From positions 1,152,001 through 1,216,000 of the forward strand of contig CBDBCZ010000017.1 in NCBI GenBank assembly GCA_965203295.1: a stretch of DNA of 64,000 nt, given 5' to 3'. Below the pieces are notes generated by a model. It was given only the letters and a program-made list of their open reading frames with translations, did not search any database and was not told the origin of the DNA. The stretch's first letter is position 1, and each line of letters begins with the position of its first letter. This DNA comes from Nitrospirales bacterium (GTDB lineage Bacteria; Nitrospirota; Nitrospiria; Nitrospirales; UBA8639). Positions 24,210-38,100 of this stretch are shown here, in pieces. Position numbers and translations under genes: made by a program.

Positions 24210-24740
24210 GGGTAGCTATACAATCGGTGGACTGGACTAGACTGGTGACTGGAATGGAACAGACTGGACTGAAATGAACAGACTGAAATGGGCTCAAAGT
24301 GTCCAGAACTACACTACAACGTCTAGAAGTGTGTATTGGCTTATTTAGCTCTGCAATTTGCCCTACAATGTGTCTATAGACTCTGTAGGCTGTAGGGCTA
24401 GAGACAGGTCAAAGGTCACATGCATATATAATGAGACTACAAAGCAAGACTCCTCAGCACGTATGGAGCATGCAATGCCATGCAGCAAGATGTAAAGTAA
24501 ATAGCAATTTCTAATAGCTGCAGTCATGCTCCATACTCATTGAGGAGTCCTGCTATGATGATATGCCGTGACCCTTGACCTATTCTTAGCAGTATGGACA
24601 CGCACAGCTTATAGCTGTATGGCAAGTTACATATAGCTGAATAAACCAGCAGGCAACTGTAGTCAGTGAGTCCATTCCAGTCCAGTTCAGTCCATCAGTC
24701 CATCAGTCCACCGATTTGTAGCTATAGCTAGCTACAGCCC
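24210..24740. mobile_element. MITE-like element with (ggact)n subterminal repeats
   Basis: atcggtggactg ... cagtccaccgat inverted ends. Confidence 0.6.
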
Positions 24741-25793
24741 AATTTTTTAGTCCTTTCATTTTGATAAAGTAGGGATAAAAAAACTCTGCTCATAGGTGCT
24801 TATGTATTCACGGGGTACCTATATTAATTTTGTGGAGTGCTTTTATTTGTGATACGTAGAATAGTACATACCAATGCATGGGTTTGTACTGGAATTTTTT
24901 ATTCCCCTACAAGCTACAATGCTGTGAAGAACTAACTGCTGCAGTGAACTTAGATGACCACCAGAGCTTGTTTAAGCGAACAATTCTTCACGATATGTAA
25001 TATTGACCTACTGACCATGGCTCTGCATACACTGAACTTTAAACCACCACATCCCATGTATATGTACTGCACGAGATAGTCACCCATGAAAAGGTGTTCG
25101 TAGCCTCTATACTTACTGTAAAGTACTTAACAAAAATACGTAGCACTTTCTAAGCTGGAAGCCTCACTACTGACTATAACTTGTACTGGACAAAGTTTCA
25201 GCTGGAGCAAGTAATACATGCATTGTTGCTTGTTATTCCAAGTTCACAGTAACACCCTATCATCAGTACAGCATGGTTGCAAGAATATACTCGTATGACT
25301 AATTGCAGTAGCCTTGTTCCCAGTTCTTTCCAGCCCAGCTTTTCTCTCACAGCCGTGGTTAAAAAGTGAAGGGTGGGAAAGCCTGGGAATGAGGCTATAC
25401 ACGCATAGTTGCCACTGTAGTATACATGTAAAACAGGTAGGCTCTTTCCAATATTGCAGGATGGCTACCCCATCTGAAGATTCAAGTGAAGAAAAGGTGA
25501 GTGCAAATGATAAAAATAAATCAAGCTAGGACAACTTGCATGGAGTGAAGCTATCTATGCGTTCACCCCCTGCGTCTTTTTTCCATTTTTCAAATCATGT
25601 GTTGTAGTGCCTGTTACAGGAGATCAGAGGATATTTCTCTAATGTGATTGTGATGTGAAAATCCTGTGCCGTTTTCTTGACAGTGCATTTGTAATCACAG
25701 ATAATTGATGGAGATATTCTGCTGGTTCTTTACAAAGTGTGGTAGAGAATTGATAATTTCACAAGGATCCGAAGGATCTGTAGTGAAATTGGA

Positions 25794-28700
25794 ATTCCAC
25801 TAGTGGCAAGGTAAACATATGACAATGTATTTGGCCTCAATATAATTATATTCACAGCAAGTTTAAAGATTACTCATTTCCTATCACATCACGTGACCTC
25901 TTCGACCTTAAATTTTGCTTTGTAAAAAGGCAAAAAACATTTTATTTTATAATGCATGTCCTGTTGTCTCGGAGGCAAGCTGTTCTTTCTTCGTATATCT
26001 CCAGCGTCCTCACAGTCCAGAGGGCATCTGCTTTATCAAAGACTGCGAAAAAAACTTCTCTTGGTGGCCCTAAACAATATGTTTTCGTCGACCCTGGAAT
26101 AATGAACTTTATGCCCCCTCCAATGGGTTGCTTGAATCTGGTGTCCAAAGCTCTAAAGTCTGAGGCTCTGCTCGCATTGCATAAAGCCAGCAATATTACC
26201 AACCTCTTGGAAAGCTCTTTCAGTACTAACTCTGCAGTTGGTGGACCCGACCGGATGTGTCTCACCACTAACGATACATCCCACACCTCTTGATATCTAC
26301 GTGCTGGAGGTCGCTGGTTGAACATCCCTTGCACCAGGCGACAAACGATCGGATGTTGTCCAATTGGTTTCCCATCGATAGCCTGCAGTGTAGCTGATAG
26401 GGCTGATCGATATGAGTTAAGTGTGGTGTGTTGTTTGCCTTCTTGAAACTGCTCTCTCAACACTGGTCCCACAGATGGCGGAAAGGGATCGGTGTTGGTT
26501 CGATTGCACCAAAGCATCCACTTTCCCCAGGCGGAAGAGTAAGATTTCTCCGTGCTTTTCCTCCATGCTGCTGAGGTAATCTTAAAAGACTCATCTGTGA
26601 TCTTGGATGCTAGTCCTGAAACCTTGCAGGCGGCTAGAGGTAGACTGCTTCGTTCCACCAGTGGCTGCGTCTCCCCCATTGGGTTGGTGACGTTCTTCCT
26701 GATATTTGGCAACAGGATCGGAAGATCGATCAGCTTGTCCAGGAGGTTTGGAAACCACGTCTGATTCTGCCACTCCGGTACTATCAGTACTAGTTCCATC
26801 ACCTGATCCTGCTCTGTCTTCCGAAGGCATCTCCCAATCAGAATGAACGGAGGGAAAGCGTAGGGTCTCATGTTCACCCAGCACTGGGATAGCGCATCCA
26901 CAGCTTCTGCTTCTGGGTCTGGTCGGAAGCTGAAGTATCGAGGGAGTTGTCGGTTGTGTCGAGCTGCAAAAAGGTCCACGCCGAAAGGACCCCAGACGTC
27001 TTGCAGTTTGCAAAAAACTTTGTCGTCCAATTTCCAATCGCTCGGCTCGATGCTCCCTCTCGACTCTGCATCCGCCACTGTGTTGCATACGCCCGGAATG
27101 TGTTCCGCATGGATCGTTATTCCCCGGGTTAGGCACCACTCCCATATCTGTATGGCCAAGTCCGACAGAACTTTGAAGTGAATTCCGCCTTTCTGGTTTA
27201 GGTAGGCAATTGCTGATGAGTTGTCCACCAACAGCAGGATGTGAAGGTTCTGCCTTGCCGAGGCAAACGTTTGCAAGGCCAGTAGGACAGCTTTCAACTC
27301 CAGATGGTTTATGTGGGCTGTTCTCTCTTCCGGAGTCCACATCCCTCCTGTGCTGACGGTCTGTTGCCCCCCAGCCAGACTTTGAAGCATCTGTAGACAG
27401 AACCATGTCTGCTGAAGGCTGGACAACTGATCGATCATTGGATCCTTGCAGGTGTTCTACCCACCAGTGGAGATCTACTTCTACTTCTTTGCTGATGTGA
27501 GTCTGCTGGTCGTATTCTCCTTGTGAGTTTGATAGTATTCTGTGGTGAAGCCTCTGGAGAGCTCGGTATTGGAGAGGTGCCACTGTGACGGCTGGTATCG
27601 TTGAAGACAGCATTCCTATCAAGTGAGCCAGATCTCGAGCTGTTACTGACTTCATCATGTGTCTGCATTCTTTCAAAACCTTCTGGACTTTGTCTGTGGG
27701 CAAACTGATGATCATCGTCGTGGAGTTGACTAGGAATCCCAGGAATTCGATTGACTGTGTCGGTTTCCAAGAACATTTCTTTTGTTTCCATGTGAGATAT
27801 CAGCATTTCCTTGGTGCGAGCCATAACTAAAATGTCGTCCAGATAGATGACCATTCGTATGCACGTCTGTCTCATTCTGGCTGCTAGGGGCCGTAGAATC
27901 TTTATAAAGACCCTTGGAGCTGTTGCCAGGCTGAATGGAAGAGCTTTGAATCGATAGTTCTTTCCTTTCCATTGAAACTTCAAGAAATTGCGGTGATGAT
28001 GGCATATTGGCACTGCCAGGTAAGCATCCTCCAGATTGATTTTCCCCATGAAGTCATGTCTTCCTGTAGCACATCCCTTAGGCTGCTGATACCCTCCATT
28101 TTGAAGTGAGGGACTATCAGGTAAGTGTTGAGACGTTTTAGGTTGATAAGAGGCCTCCAACCGCCGCCTTTTTTGGGGACAGTGAACATCGGGCTGAAAA
28201 AACCCTTTGTACTGGGTGCGCTTTCTATCGCATTTTTTCGGAGCAGGTTTAGAATCTCTTGGTCCAAAATCTGTTACTGCTCTGTGGTGAGCTGGGGAAA
28301 GTTGGGTGGCCAATTGTCCGGTGGCAAAGCCTCCCCAAATTCCAAGCGGTACTCCTTGATACACTGCAAAACCCTTGGGTTGTCTGTAATTCGGTGCCAT
28401 GCTTGCCTCCCACTGGTTGGTCGTCGGTTGCTATTTCCTGCGTTTGTTGTCTGTGAACTTCCTCTGACCCCGGAAGGGGCCTCTGTAGCTTCTGTACCCT
28501 TGCTTGTGTTGCATGGGCCTGTTGTACGGGGTGTATCCTCTGCCCGACTCGCCCCCGTACTTTGCGGTCAGACGCTTGGATAAAAAACGGCTACCCGTTG
28601 TTGCGGTAGAGGTAGAGGCAGGGGTCGAATTGTCAACCTTACTGATCGCTATGTTGCATACGTCAATTGTGTTGGCTCGTTCCGTAATCTTATTCCGAAC

Positions 28701-30205
28701 TTCGGGGCCAAACAGTTTGGGGCCTGTGTCCCCTAGGTCATCCTTGCAAATCTCCCTCATGAAGGAACTCAGCTTTGGTCGTGACTTGGAAATGCTATTG
28801 ATTATCGCAATGCGTCTTGCCTGAGAGGTGTAGTTTGAGGCATTCCCTATCAAAGCCAAAGTATTCTGTGTGACTTTTATCACATCACTGACTAGAATCA
28901 GCTCTTCTGGTTTCCCAGTGAACTTTTGTGCAGCCAAGTGTGATCAGAAATTGGCTAGTGGAGCACAAGTGGCTAAGACGGTTGTCTGTACCTCAGCCAG
29001 CTGGGAATCAGCTTTCTCTGGAAGCTCCTTGCCTAGTGCCCCCTTAATATCATGGTCCAGCTTGGGTACTGCAACTGCGGTAGAGCTAGGCTTAGGGTAG
29101 GCCTTAGCTATATCCCACCTCTTCCGTTTTGGCAGGCACCGGCGGAAGGTCTTGCCAATAAACTCGTCAACCACTTTTGCCATCTTCTGGGGTGTCGACT
29201 GATAGTAGGATTCGGGGTCAAACTCTGCATCTTCATCGGAATCTGAGGAGTCTTCTTCAAAATAGCGCGACCTTTTCTTGGGGTGCGCTGGTTCCTCGTT
29301 CGCAATTGGGATGAAAGCAGGCTCTGCTGCTTTGGGGGCAGTAGTGCTGCTACTTTGAGAGGCACTATGTCCAACCTGTTGTGTAAGGTTGCTACCGATG
29401 ATGTGTTGCGGATACATCGTAGGAAAAAAACAGCACTAGAACCCTACAGATAAGAAATATATTGAAGAGAATCCATGAGTGTGATATAGTATAGGATAAT
29501 GGTAGTGCCTACGGGCATTCAATACCAAAGGAGTCCTGCCATGGCAGTGCCTGAGGGCATTCAATGCCTGAGGGATGGGGTAAGGTCAGTGGGCACCCTA
29601 GCCAGCTTAGACCTTGCTGACGTTGGGACCATGGTAGTGCCAAAGGGCATTCAATACCATTTTATCAGCTTCCATACCTTGAGGTAGTGCTCCCGAATTA
29701 TACCGGGAAACATTGGGAACATCGGACTGCCGCCTGCACAGCCCTTTGTGGCATTCCAATAGACGGCACCGTGATGTTGGGCTGGCCCGTCATCAGGGGG
29801 CCATGCAGGAAAGCTGGGGTCGTCGCCGAGGTCGGCGCTGTCGAAACACTCTGCGTCACATGCTGAGTCACGGTATCAACATGGCCGCCATCCAAGTCAT
29901 GACCTTCACCGTCCGAATCCGAACTCATGGCTTGCCCAACCAAGACGCAGGAGTTGCTGGGATACTCGCCCAAACAAAACTCTTGATGGCAGTCCAAAGG
30001 AAAAGGCTGTAGTCGGTCCCTTCTTGGGAAACGCTGATTTGTCGAACTCAATAAAAAATGACCGCGTTTTTTACTTCAGCAAAATTTGAGGCCGAAGAGG
30101 TCACGTGATGTGATAGGAAATGATGTAATCTTTAAACTTGCTGGGAATATAATTATATTGAGGCCAAATACATTGTCATATTGCAGCCTTGCCACGACGT
30201 GGAAT
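25794..30205 (-). mobile_element. Degenerate DIRS1-type tyrosine-recombinase retrotransposon with inverted terminal repeats
   Basis: ~125 bp ITRs at 25794-25919 and 30078-30205. Gag-like ORFs (29417-28431), RT (LATAPRVF, YLDD), RNase H (STDASKSGWG, HINHLEL), methyltransferase-like domain (DLFA..YAFPPF) and the N-terminal part of YR; many frameshifts. Confidence 0.92.
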
Positions 30206-30864
30206 GTGCCATTGTGCAAGTACCGTTACAGCCCACCACATATTTAGTGCCCATGCACCCCCATTTTCAGTGTCAACTCAGCTTCCTGCAAGGGTATGCT
30301 TGTTCACATAGTATCTGCCCACTCGAACATGTTGCATATGAAAAGCGAGCATGACAGGTAAATATAGCCTTCTATAGCCAAGTATGGAAGCATATTTTTT
30401 AAAATAGCATTCAGATAACTGCGAAATGTAGCTGAAAATCGAAATAGCTAGCTGACTTACCGTCGATATTCCAAACAACTAAAGATCGGCAATATTTTGC
30501 TAACTATGGTACTCTATATTTTCTTCCACATGCATTGCTCCATGGATCCAGCTTGATAAATGCTCACCTGGATGGTTTGATACTATCGTAGACTATATGA
30601 TTTGGCAAATATTCCTGCCTTTCAGAATGGTGGGCAGATACTACGTGTCGTTTGCGGACAAGTACGTATTTAGTGCCCACCCCCCTCTTCCGCTGCATCC
30701 TATAAGGTTCCCCGCCCATGGGTGATTGATACATACTCTACGTAGTTAATAGGGTGAGGAAGGGGGAGGTGTTTCCTAAGTGGTAGTTTTAGTGTTGACA
30801 ATCTGCAATGTGTATGAGGGAGACAAAGATTGTCTGTGTAGTGAATATGTTTATTGCTGATTAA

Positions 30865-31007
30865 CTCTTTACCAACCAATGACGCATATATGCGTCATGA
30901 GCTCCCATAAGCCCATATTACTTTATATGGGGGTTTTAATACTAGGCGTTAATACTCTGTACAGGCTTTTCTGCTTCTTTAAGCTGTTTCTTATGGTTGG
31001 TAAAGGG
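30865..31007. mobile_element. piggyBac-like MITE
   Basis: TTAA flanks; TIR ctctttaccaacca / tggttggtaaaggg. Confidence 0.7.
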
Positions 31008-31465
31008 TTAAAGGAGTGAATGGAATGATGTACGTGGTGTGAGCAATATTGAGTCTTAGACTACAGTCCATGCTGTAAATGGTAGATTATGGTGTGAGAA
31101 GGTCATGTGTGTTGTGAAGTGCTGCAATCATTTGTATGGCTGGTGTGGCATGTTGCTAGAAGAGTACTTGTATAGTGATGTAAGGATGCCAATGCATTAA
31201 AGTATTGTGGTGTCCTTCATACTTTGTTTGTGATTTAACCTCTGCATTTTATTTTCCATAACTTTTTTCTGTTGCTTTTTATGGGACTTTAAAGTAGCTG
31301 TGGATGATTGTGTATGTAGACAGTCTTGAGTATATGAGTGCATGTATCCTTGCTGCGATACAGCGAAATAAATTAGGCTTGAAAACTTTAGCCTCTGGTT
31401 ACATAGTTCTGCGTTTACACACTTGCATGGGATAATAACACTGAAACAGTCTTTCTGGGAATGCC

Positions 31466-32292
31466 TATCCTCGAACCCAGCCGTCCCAGCTTTTTTTTGC
31501 TTGCAGGAAGAAAAAGCGGGACGCCTGGGAACACTTATCGCGTGATATTACGTAACTTTAATTGAACGTGGGCAGGAGTGACCGTAAGCGATAAGCAACC
31601 CACGCTAATTAACGGCTGATTTTAGCGCGCTTTGCCCGGGTTTCTGGACAGCAAACTATTCGCATTTTACAGCTACAGATGGGAGTGCAACGACTACGAA
31701 TCGACTCAACAAGTTACGTGAACAAGCTCCAGCGTCTCCAGAGGCAGTACTTCTCCAAATTGGCGACCACGCTGCATGACGTCATTGTTCTATTTTTGCT
31801 TTTCTTTAGTGATGTCATATTTTTACAATGGCAGGCAGTGCAGTATGGTTTTACCGGTGCTGCTGTCCTTACAGGCAGCTCAGTGTGTTTAGTTAGCTTG
31901 TTAGCTGTGCGAGAGGCTAGCTATATAGTACGCGTGCATGCTTGACGAGCGTATTAGTGACGAGAACGGTACTATACCGGTCATAGTCTCGCGAGCCAGA
32001 TGGTCAGTAGAGAACGGATCTCTTGCAACGCCTTCGCGAGTCCGGCATCTTTTGTGAGTGATAAAGGTATGTCTTTCTTACAGGAACACATGAAATTGTG
32101 CGCTGTTACTGAGCGTACGAGTAACGCCCATTTGCGTGGGCAAGCTGAGCTCGGTTGCCATTTTGTGGCCGTGCACCCCACACGCAATTAAGTCGGTTCT
32201 ACCCTTGGTTCTACCTTTACGTCATATCACGTGATAAGTGTTCCCAGGCGTTCTGAAGCGAAAAAAAGCTCGGACGGCTGGGTTCGAGGCTA
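31466..32292. mobile_element. MITE with long TIRs and 9-bp TSD
   Basis: cctcgaacccagccgtcc / ggacggctgggttcgaggcta; TSD gggaatgcc. A short relative at ~2008-2068 has TSD gtttgcact. Confidence 0.85.
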
Positions 32293-32549
32293 GGGAATGC
32301 CAGGAAGGGTTGATGTTTAGCAGTGCAGCTGAATTTCTTCAGATCCCAGTGCATACAAGTGGAAAATGGTACATTTGTTGAGCTGCTCTTCTCATTCTAT
32401 CTAGAAGTGACCTAGTAGTAGCTGAGTGGCAACTCTCCATTCTAGCCATCAATCTCAATACACCTGTTAGTGATCAGCCTATGCTACTCCTTGTGCACAT
32501 CCCTTGCGTATAGGGTAGCCATCAGTCTAATATATCACTGAGGTACTCT

Positions 32550-33860
32550 ATCTATTTTTGCACATGCACTGCTCTATGACTCCAACTTGATGAATCCAGC
32601 GAGTAAATTATCAGCCTACTCTTCTAGTGCATGTGCCTGCACAAAACATATTGTTATCTCTATGATCGCTGTGATTATCTACTCGTTCTTCCACACGCAT
32701 TGTTCGATGAATCCAACTTGATCTTTTCTTCCACATGCATTGACATTGTTCGATGGCTCCAACTTGATGAATCCAGCCAGTAAGTTATCATCCTACTTTT
32801 TGTTCATGTGCCTCCATAGAGCGTAGCTGACTCCATGTTAACTGTTGTACTCTACACTTCTTCCACATGCATTGCTCCATAATCCAACTTGATGAATCCA
32901 GGAAGTAAGTTATCACCCACACCATATGCATGTGCCTCCATAAGTGTAGTAATCTCTTTAATCACTGCGGTACTTTATCCTTTCGCATTGTTGCATGCTT
33001 AATTGATGAATCCAGGTTTTAGTTATCACCCTAAACCTAGTGCACATGCCTACATGGATTGTAGCCATCTCTATGATCACTGTTGTACTCTACCCTTTCT
33101 TCCACATGTGTTGACATTGTTCGATGACTCCGACTTGATGAATCCAGCTTGTAAGTTATCACCCCACACCTTGTGCATGTGCCTCCACAAGTGTAGTAAT
33201 CTCTGTAATCACCGTGGTACTCTATCCTTTCGCATTGTTGCATGCTTAATTGATGAATCCAGGTTTTAGTTATCACCCTAAACCTAGTGCACATGCCTGC
33301 ATGGATTGTAGCCATCTCTATGATCACTGTTGTACTCTACCCTTTCTTCCACATGCATTGACATTGTTCGATGACTCCAACTTAATGAATCCAGGATGTA
33401 AGTTATCACTCCACACCTTATGCATACACCTCCACAAGTGTAGTAATCTATGTAATCACTGCGGTACTCTATCCTTTCGCATTGTTGCATGCTTAATTGA
33501 TGAATCCAGGTTGTAAGTTATCACCCTACACCTAGTGCACATGCCTGCATGGATTGTATCCATCTCTATGATCACTGTTGTACTCTACCCTTTCTTCCAC
33601 ATGCATTGACATTGTTCGATGACTCCAACTTGTGTATCCAGGATGTAAGTTATCATCCTACTCTTTGTACATGGGCCTCCATGGAGCGTAGCTCTCTCTG
33701 TGATCCCTGTCCCACTCTACCCTTTCTACCGCATGCATTGCCCCATGGATCCATCTTGATAATTCCAGTCTGTAAGTTATCACCCTAATCCTTTTTCATC
33801 TCTGTGGCACTCCCCATTCTTTCACATGCATTGCTCCATAAATCTGTCTTGATATATATA
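32550..33860. repeat. 248-bp satellite, short diverged array
   Basis: Same monomer as the main array; edge units are diverged. Confidence 0.9.
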
Positions 33861-34194
33861 GTCAGTCACTTATATTCTCCATTTCATCCTTCTTTCTATA
33901 GTAACAGGTGGGTAATAAATTCCATATACTGACAGGAAGTTGTAGATCTTATTTCATATACCCCAGCCCTCAGGGCAATATATAACAAGCGAAATCTCAA
34001 CCCAACATATTATTTTACAGGTGGAAAGAATAATGGGTGGCTCCACACAGTCTGGATCTGAATTATGTTTATTTGTTACTTATGTAATAAACAAGGATGC
34101 CCATTGTTTTGCACCTGACAATGAGTGTATAATATAAGTGACAACTGTTATGCATTGACAGTATCTACTTTAGAACCAATCCGCTTAAAGAATA

Positions 34195-34990
34195 CAAGTA
34201 GTTGTGCTCGCTCGCACAACTACTTGTGTTTGTTGAACTCGCTCGCTGCGCTCGCTCTGTACAGATAGAGAATAAAGATGTAATCTGCATGTGATTTGTT
34301 GGTTCATAGAGTACATTTTAATAGCAGCAGTGTTGCTGGCAGACTGAATTAACGTGGAGACAGTGCTACAGAAAAGACTACCACCAACTATAAAACAGTA
34401 TAGGCATGCTAGGACTACAGCCTAGCTCTTCACAGCCATAGCCTAGCATACATATCACGTAAGTGAATGACACTGATTCTATTTTCAGCATGACTACTTG
34501 CATGTTCATAAATCATTGTCACTACTACTAGTAAGAAAGGTTCAGTGTCAGTAAATGTGCAAACCACATTCTAACCGGAGGCAGTGACTCAGAGAGGAGG
34601 GACTACAAACAGCTGCTAGATCACACAGGCAAGCTAGCAGTAGCCTAGCTATACCACAGGCTAGCTACATGCAGGCGAACGGCACCGACTCCATTTAATG
34701 CACATCTACGTGGTTTGCCTAGCATAGCAGTTATATCTCTGCTTGGCTTTCACTTACAGGACTATACTGCAACTAACCTTTGTGTTAAAGTGCCTGACAT
34801 CGCGAGACAACCTCTTGTAGTCGCTGGAAAGAGCTAGCACTTAAATACAGACACGTGGTACTTTGACCTGTGACCGTGAACTTCTCTGGTCACAGGTGAA
34901 AGTTCATCCGGGAACGCGCGCATGCGGCTTCCGTTTCCGTTTTTCACACGTACGCACGGACGCACGAACACACGAACACAAACGGACACA
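34195..34990 (+). mobile_element. Helentron/HINE-like element (family of 1864-2460) lying between the satellite blocks
   Basis: 5' hairpin caagtagttgtgc..gcacaactacttg plus ttgttgaactcgctcgctgcgctcgctctgtacagatag; 3' acac-rich tail. Confidence 0.6.
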
Positions 34991-35169
34991 ACTAATAGAT
35001 AACAGATAAACCACAGTAGTCAGCTGGGATTTATGGCCATAAACAGCCCTCGCCTAGGGCTTCGCCCTCGGGCTAGGGCAGTTTATGAACCATAAATCCC
35101 TGGCTATCGTGGTTTATCTATTAAATATATCACCTAGCTCATTGTGCATGTAGCTGCATGAATTTGAGC

Positions 35170-38100
35170 ACACGCCTGCATGGATTGTAGCCATGTCTAT
35201 GATCACTGTTGTACTCTACCTTTTCTTCCACATGCATTGACATTGTTCGATGACTCTAACTTGATGAATCCAGGCTGTAAGTTATCACCCCACACCCTAT
35301 GCATATACCTCCACAAGTGTAGTAATCTCTGTAATCACTGCGATACTCTATCCTCTTGCATTGTTGCATGCTTAATTGAGGAATCCAGGTTGTAAGTTAT
35401 TACCCTAGACCTAGTGCACATGCCAGCATGAATTGTAGTCATCTCCATGATTACTGTTGTACTCTACCCTTTCTTTCACACGCATTGACATTGTTCGATG
35501 ACTCTAACTTGATGAATCCAGCTTGTAAGTTATCACCCCACACCTTATGCATATGCCTCCACAAGTGTAGTAATCTCTGTAATCACTGCGATACTCTATC
35601 CTCTTGCATTGTTGCATGATTAATTGATAAATCCAGGTTGTAAGTTATCACCCTAGACCTAGTGCACATGCCTGCAAGGATTGTAGCCATCTCTATGATC
35701 ACTGATGTACTCTACCCTATCTTCCACATGCATTGACATTGTTCGATGACTCTAACTTGATGAATCCAGAAAGTAAGTTATCACCCCACACCTTATGCAT
35801 ATGTCTCCACAAGTGTAGTAATCACTGTAATCACTGCGGTACTCTATCCTTTTGCAATGTTGCATGATTAATTGATGAATCCAGGTTGTAAGTTATCACC
35901 CTAGACCTAGTGCACATGCCTGCAAGGATTGTAGCCATCTCTATGATCACTGTTGTACTCTACCCTTTCTTCCACATGCATTGACATTGTTCGATGACTC
36001 CAACTCGATGAATCCAGCAAGTAAGTTATCACCCCACACCTTATGCATGTGCCTCCACATGTGTAGTAACTTTGTAATCACTGCGGTACTTTATCCTTTC
36101 GCATTGTTGCATGTTTAATTGATGAATTCCCAGGTTGTAAGTTATCACCCTAAACCTAGTGCACATGCCTGCATGGATTGTAGCAATCCCTATAATCACT
36201 GTTGTACTCTATCCTTTCTTCCACATGCATTGACATTGTTCGATGGCTCTAACTTGATGAATCCAGATTGTAAGTTATCACCACACCTTATGCATATGCC
36301 TCCACAAGTGTAGTAATCACTGTAATCACTGCGGTACTCTATCATTTTGCATTGTTGCATGATTAATTGCTGAATCCAGGTTGTAAGTTATCAACCCAGA
36401 CCTAGTGCACATGCCTGCACGGATTGTAGCCATCTCTGTGATCACTGTTGTACTCTACCCTTTCTTCCACATGCATTGACATTGTTCGATGACTCTAACT
36501 TGATGATTCCAGCTTGTAAGTTATCACCCCACACCTTATGCATATGCCTCCAAATGTGTAGTGATCTCTGTAATCACTGCGGTACTCTATCCTTTTGCGT
36601 TGTTGCATGATTAATTGATGAATCCAGGTTGTAAGTTATCACCCTAGACCTAGTGCACATGCCTGCATGGATTGTAGCCATCTCTATGATCACTGTTGTA
36701 CTCTACCCTTTCTTCCACATGCATTGACATTGTTCAATGACTCTAACTTGATGAATCCAGAAAGTAAGTTATCACCCCACACCTTATGCATATGTCTCCA
36801 CAAGTGTAGTAATCACTGTAATCACTGCGGTACTCTATCCTTTTGCATTGTTGCATGATTAATTGATGAATCCAGGTTGTAAGTTATCACCCTAGACCTA
36901 GTGCACATGCCTGCAAGGATTGTAGCCATCTCTATGATCACTGTTGTACTCTACCCTTTCTTCCACATGCATTGACATTGTTCGATGACTCCAACTCGAT
37001 GAATCCAGCAAGTAAGTTATCACCCCACACCTTATGCATGTGCCTCCACGTGTGTAGTAACTTTGTAATCACTGCGGTACTTTATCCTTTCGCATTGTTG
37101 CATGTTTAATTGATGAATTCCCAGGTTGTAAGTTATCACCCTAAACCTAGTGCACATGCCTGCATGGATTGTAGCAATCCCTATAATCACTGTTGTACTC
37201 TATCCTTTCTTCCACATGCATTGACATTGTTCGATGACTCTAACTTGATGAATCCAGCTTGTAAGTTATCACCCCACACCTTATGCATGTGCCTCCACAA
37301 GTGTAGTAATCACTGTAATCACTGCGGTACTCTATCATTTTGCATTGTTGCATGATTAATTGCTGAATCCAGGTTGTAAGTTATCAACCCAGACCTAGTG
37401 CACATGCCTGCAAGGATTGTAACCATCTCTATGATCACTGTTGTACTCTACCCTTTCTTCCACATGCATTGACATTGTTCGATGACTCCAACTTGATGAA
37501 TCCAGCCTGTAAGTTATCACCCCACACCTTATGCATATGCCTCCACAAGTGTAGTGATCTCTGTAATCACTGCGGTACTCTATCCTTTTGCGTTGTTGCA
37601 TGATTAATTGATGAATCCAGGTTGTAAGTTATCACCCTAGACCTAGTGCACATGCCTGCATGGATTGTAGCCATCTCTATGATCACTGTTGTACTCTACC
37701 CTTTCTTCCACATGCATTGACATTGTTCGATGACTCTAACTTGATGAATCCAGAAAGTAAGTTATCACCCCACACCTTATGCATATGTCTCCACAAGTGT
37801 AGTAATCACTGTAATCACTGCGGTACTCTATCCTTTTGCATTGTTGCATGATTAATTGATGAATCCAGGTTGTAAGTTATCACCCTAGACCTAGTGCACA
37901 TGCCTGCAAGGATTGTAGCCATCTCTATGATCACTGTTGTAGTAGCCATCTCTATGATCACTGTTGTACTCTACCCTTTCTTCCACATGCATTGACATTG
38001 TTCGATGACTCCAACTCGATGAATCCAGCGAGTAAGTTATCACCCCACACCTTATGCATATGCCTCCACAAGTGTAGTGATCTCTGTAATCACTGCGGTA

